NCBI GenBank assembly: GCA_038326655.1
Contig: JBBQKG010000008.1
Location: forward strand, 23,679 to 87,678
Origin: Solirubrobacterales bacterium
GTDB lineage: Bacteria; Actinomycetota; Thermoleophilia; Solirubrobacterales; JBBDJG01
Length of the DNA: 64,000 nucleotides
Direction of reading: 5' to 3'
Below are positions 62,218-64,000 of the stretch, one piece after another. A program made the position numbers and the translations under genes. The stretch's first letter is position 1; the number at the start of each line of letters is the position of its first letter. The notes under the pieces were generated by a model, which was not told the DNA's origin, made no database searches, and saw nothing but the letters and a program-made list of their open reading frames with translations.

Positions 62218-62252
62218 GCCGCTGATCGTATTGCGAACGCTACGCTTGCCCC

Positions 62253-62549
62253 TTGCCAGAAGCGAAGTCGACAGCTCGCCTGCCGCGCTCCGCCCGGCCT
62301 CCGTTCAGGGTGTTCGTGAACGGAGTGGAGCAGCGGGAGGGCACCGACTACGCGCTCAAGGGTGACCGCCTGGTGTTCAACCGCTCGCTCGCGCAGGAGG
62401 GACGGCTCGGATTCTGGCGCTGGGCGCTGATCGTTTTCGGGATCGCGGGCACGTACCGCAAGCACGAGACCGTCGACATCCAGTACGCCGTGAACGGCAA
62501 GCCCACGGTCGCGACGGGGGTGCCCGTCGAGACGGCCGAGAGCAGCTAG
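62253..62549 (+). CDS. Small hypothetical protein
   Basis: 98-aa ORF (TTG 62253; alternative GTG 62310). High GC3. One hydrophobic segment (FWRWALIVFGIAG). No family recognised. Confidence 0.4.
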   Translation: MPEAKSTARLPRSARPPFRVFVNGVEQREGTDYALKGDRLVFNRSLAQEGRLGFWRWALIVFGIAGTYRKHETVDIQYAVNGKPTVATGVPVETAESS

Positions 62550-62563
62550 GGGAAAGGCTCAGG

Positions 62564-63683
62564 TCAGCGAGGGCGGCCGTTGCCGGCGCTCTGCACGAGG
62601 TACTCGTGCACGAATCCGTCCAGGTCGCCGTCGAGCACGCGGCTGGTGTCGCCGACCTCATAGCCGGTGCGGTGGTCCTTGACCATCGAGTAGGGGTGGA
62701 GCACGTACGACCTGATCTGCGAGCCCCAGGCCACATCCTGCGCCTCGCCCTTCTCGCGCGCGATCTCCTCGCGGCGGCGACGCTCCTCCAGCTCGACCAG
62801 CTTGGAGCGCAGCAGCTTCATCGCGGTCTGCTTGTTCGATGACTGCGATCGCTCGTTCTGGCACTGGACCACGATCTTGCTGGGGATGTGCGTGATGCGG
62901 ACTGCGGAGTCGGTCTTGTTGACGTGCTGGCCGCCGGCGCCCGAAGCTCGGTACGTCTCGATCCGCAGGTCGCCGTCGTCGATCTCGATTGCTACGTCGT
63001 CCTCCACGAGCGGGCTCACCTCGACGAGCGCGAAGCTCGTGTGCCGCCGGTGCGCGGCGTCGAACGGCGACTGGCGCACGAGCCGATGCACGCCCTTCTC
63101 GGCCGAGAACAGCCCGTAGGCGTTCTCGCCACGGGCGAGGAAGGTGGCGGACTTGATGCCGGCCTCCTCGCCGGGAGACACCTCCGTCAGCTCGACCTCG
63201 AAGCCGCGGCGCTCCGCCCACCGCAGATACATGCGCAGGAGCATCTCGGCCCAGTCCTGGGAGTCGGTCCCGCCTGCGCCGCTGTGCACCGACCCGACCG
63301 CCCCGCCCGCGTCGTACGAGCCCTGGAAGAGGCGCTCCTCCTCGAGCTGGTCGAGGCGCCGCTCGAGGTCGTCCAGCTGCGAGGACAGCTCGGCGTCGAG
63401 CGACGGGTCATCCGAGGCAAGCTCGGCAAGACCATCCAGGTCGGCGATCTCGGACTCGAGCACGCGAAACGCGCCGAGCTTCCGGGTCGCACGGCTGTGC
63501 TCGGCGGAGACCGAGGCGGCCCGTTTCTGGTCGTCCCAGAAACCTGGCTCCTGCATCTGCGCCTCCAGCGCGGAGGCTCGGCGCTCTAGCGCGGGCGGGT
63601 CAAAGATAGTCCGCGAGCAGCGCAAGCTGGTCGCGGAGCTTGGCGACACGCGGGGCGGGCTCGGTGTGCTGGACCTCCGCCAT
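62564..63683 (-). CDS. prfB: Peptide chain release factor 2, expressed through a programmed +1 frameshift
   Basis: Frame 0 from ATG 63683 gives [27 protein letters not shown], then an in-frame TGA at 63600-63602. Frame +1 continues DPPALERRASALEAQMQEPGFWDD ... SPF ... GGQHVNKTDSAVRITHIP. Only the +1 part is in the ORF track (62564..63649). Confidence 0.95.
63600..63605 (-). promoter_or_regulatory. prfB: prfB +1 ribosomal frameshift site CTT TGA C
   Basis: The minus strand reads GAC TAT CTT TGA CCC. CTT (63605-63603) is followed by TGA (63602-63600) and C, identical to the classical RF2 autoregulatory slippery site. The upstream SD-like element is weak (GCGGAC). Confidence 0.85.
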
Positions 63684-64000
63684 TACGCGCCGTGGCACTT
63701 CTTGTACTTCTTGCCCGACCCGCACCAGCAGGGGTCGTTGCGGCCGATCCGCTCGCGGTCGTCGACCTGGCGAGTCTCGACCTCGGGGAGGGGCGCATAT
63801 TCGCCGTCCTCCTCCGCGACCGCGACGCCGGCCTGCTCGGCCGCGTCGTAGAGCGCGGAGGGCTGTTCCGGGCCACCGCCCGAGTAGGAGATGTTCCGGG
63901 TCGAGCTCGAGCGGGACGAGGGCGCAAAGGCCATCTCCGCCTCGGCCGGCTCGATCTCGAGCTCGACGTGAAAGATGTAGCGCGCGAAGTCCTCCCAGAT
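63683..64000 (-). CDS. secA: Preprotein translocase SecA, C-terminal end (gene continues beyond window)
   Basis: The frame is open from 64000 down to the TAA at 63683-63685. It ends [22 protein letters not shown], the SecA C-terminal zinc-binding motif. The stop shares 1 nt with the prfB ATG (TAATG). Confidence 0.9.
   Translation of the reverse strand: MWEDFARYIFHVELEIEPAEAEMAFAPSSRSSSTRNISYSGGGPEQPSALYDAAEQAGVAVAEEDGEYAPLPEVETRQVDDRERIGRNDPCWCGSGKKYKKCHGA

Overview
Visibly very GC-rich (GC not computed), gene-dense 64 kb chromosomal segment with Actinomycetota-like gene content and synteny. The finer taxon cannot be determined from sequence alone. I can support about 76 protein-coding genes on both strands and one tmRNA (ssrA). 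I found no rRNA, tRNA, CRISPR array, transposase or integrase. Housekeeping backbone: a polyphosphate operon (winged-helix gene, ppk1, CYTH/CHAD, NUDIX), uppP, pyk, a split transketolase, nadA-nadC, and the conserved secA-prfB ... ftsE-ftsX-S41 peptidase-rnr-smpB-ssrA neighbourhood. prfB carries the classical CTT TGA C +1 frameshift site. The remainder is a mosaic of small redox/detoxification-type genes (VOC, cupin, SnoaL/NTF2, SDR, MDR, P450, M20 peptidases, LLM, crotonases) and regulators (PadR, two ArsR-type, OmpR/HK pair, ECF sigma). The most interesting candidates, all hypotheses from sequence reading only: (1) an ars-like operon arsR-arsI/cadI-[RNR-R2-like di-metal protein]-arsC with no recognisable arsenite pump and an unresolved 5' frame in the R2-like gene; (2) a tightly coupled SnoaL-P450-adenylate cyclase-SnoaL-PNPOx operon; (3) an ECF sigma factor fused to a transmembrane helix and a long disordered tail, followed by a secreted TSP3-type acidic protein; (4) a receiver-less OmpR-type winged-helix gene translationally coupled to ppk1; (5) an Arg/Ser/Thr-rich hexapeptide-repeat basic protein; (6) a two-component system followed by an 88-aa beta-propeller fragment with its own signal peptide. 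Many long ORFs in the supplied track are antisense or off-frame artefacts of high GC and were rejected.
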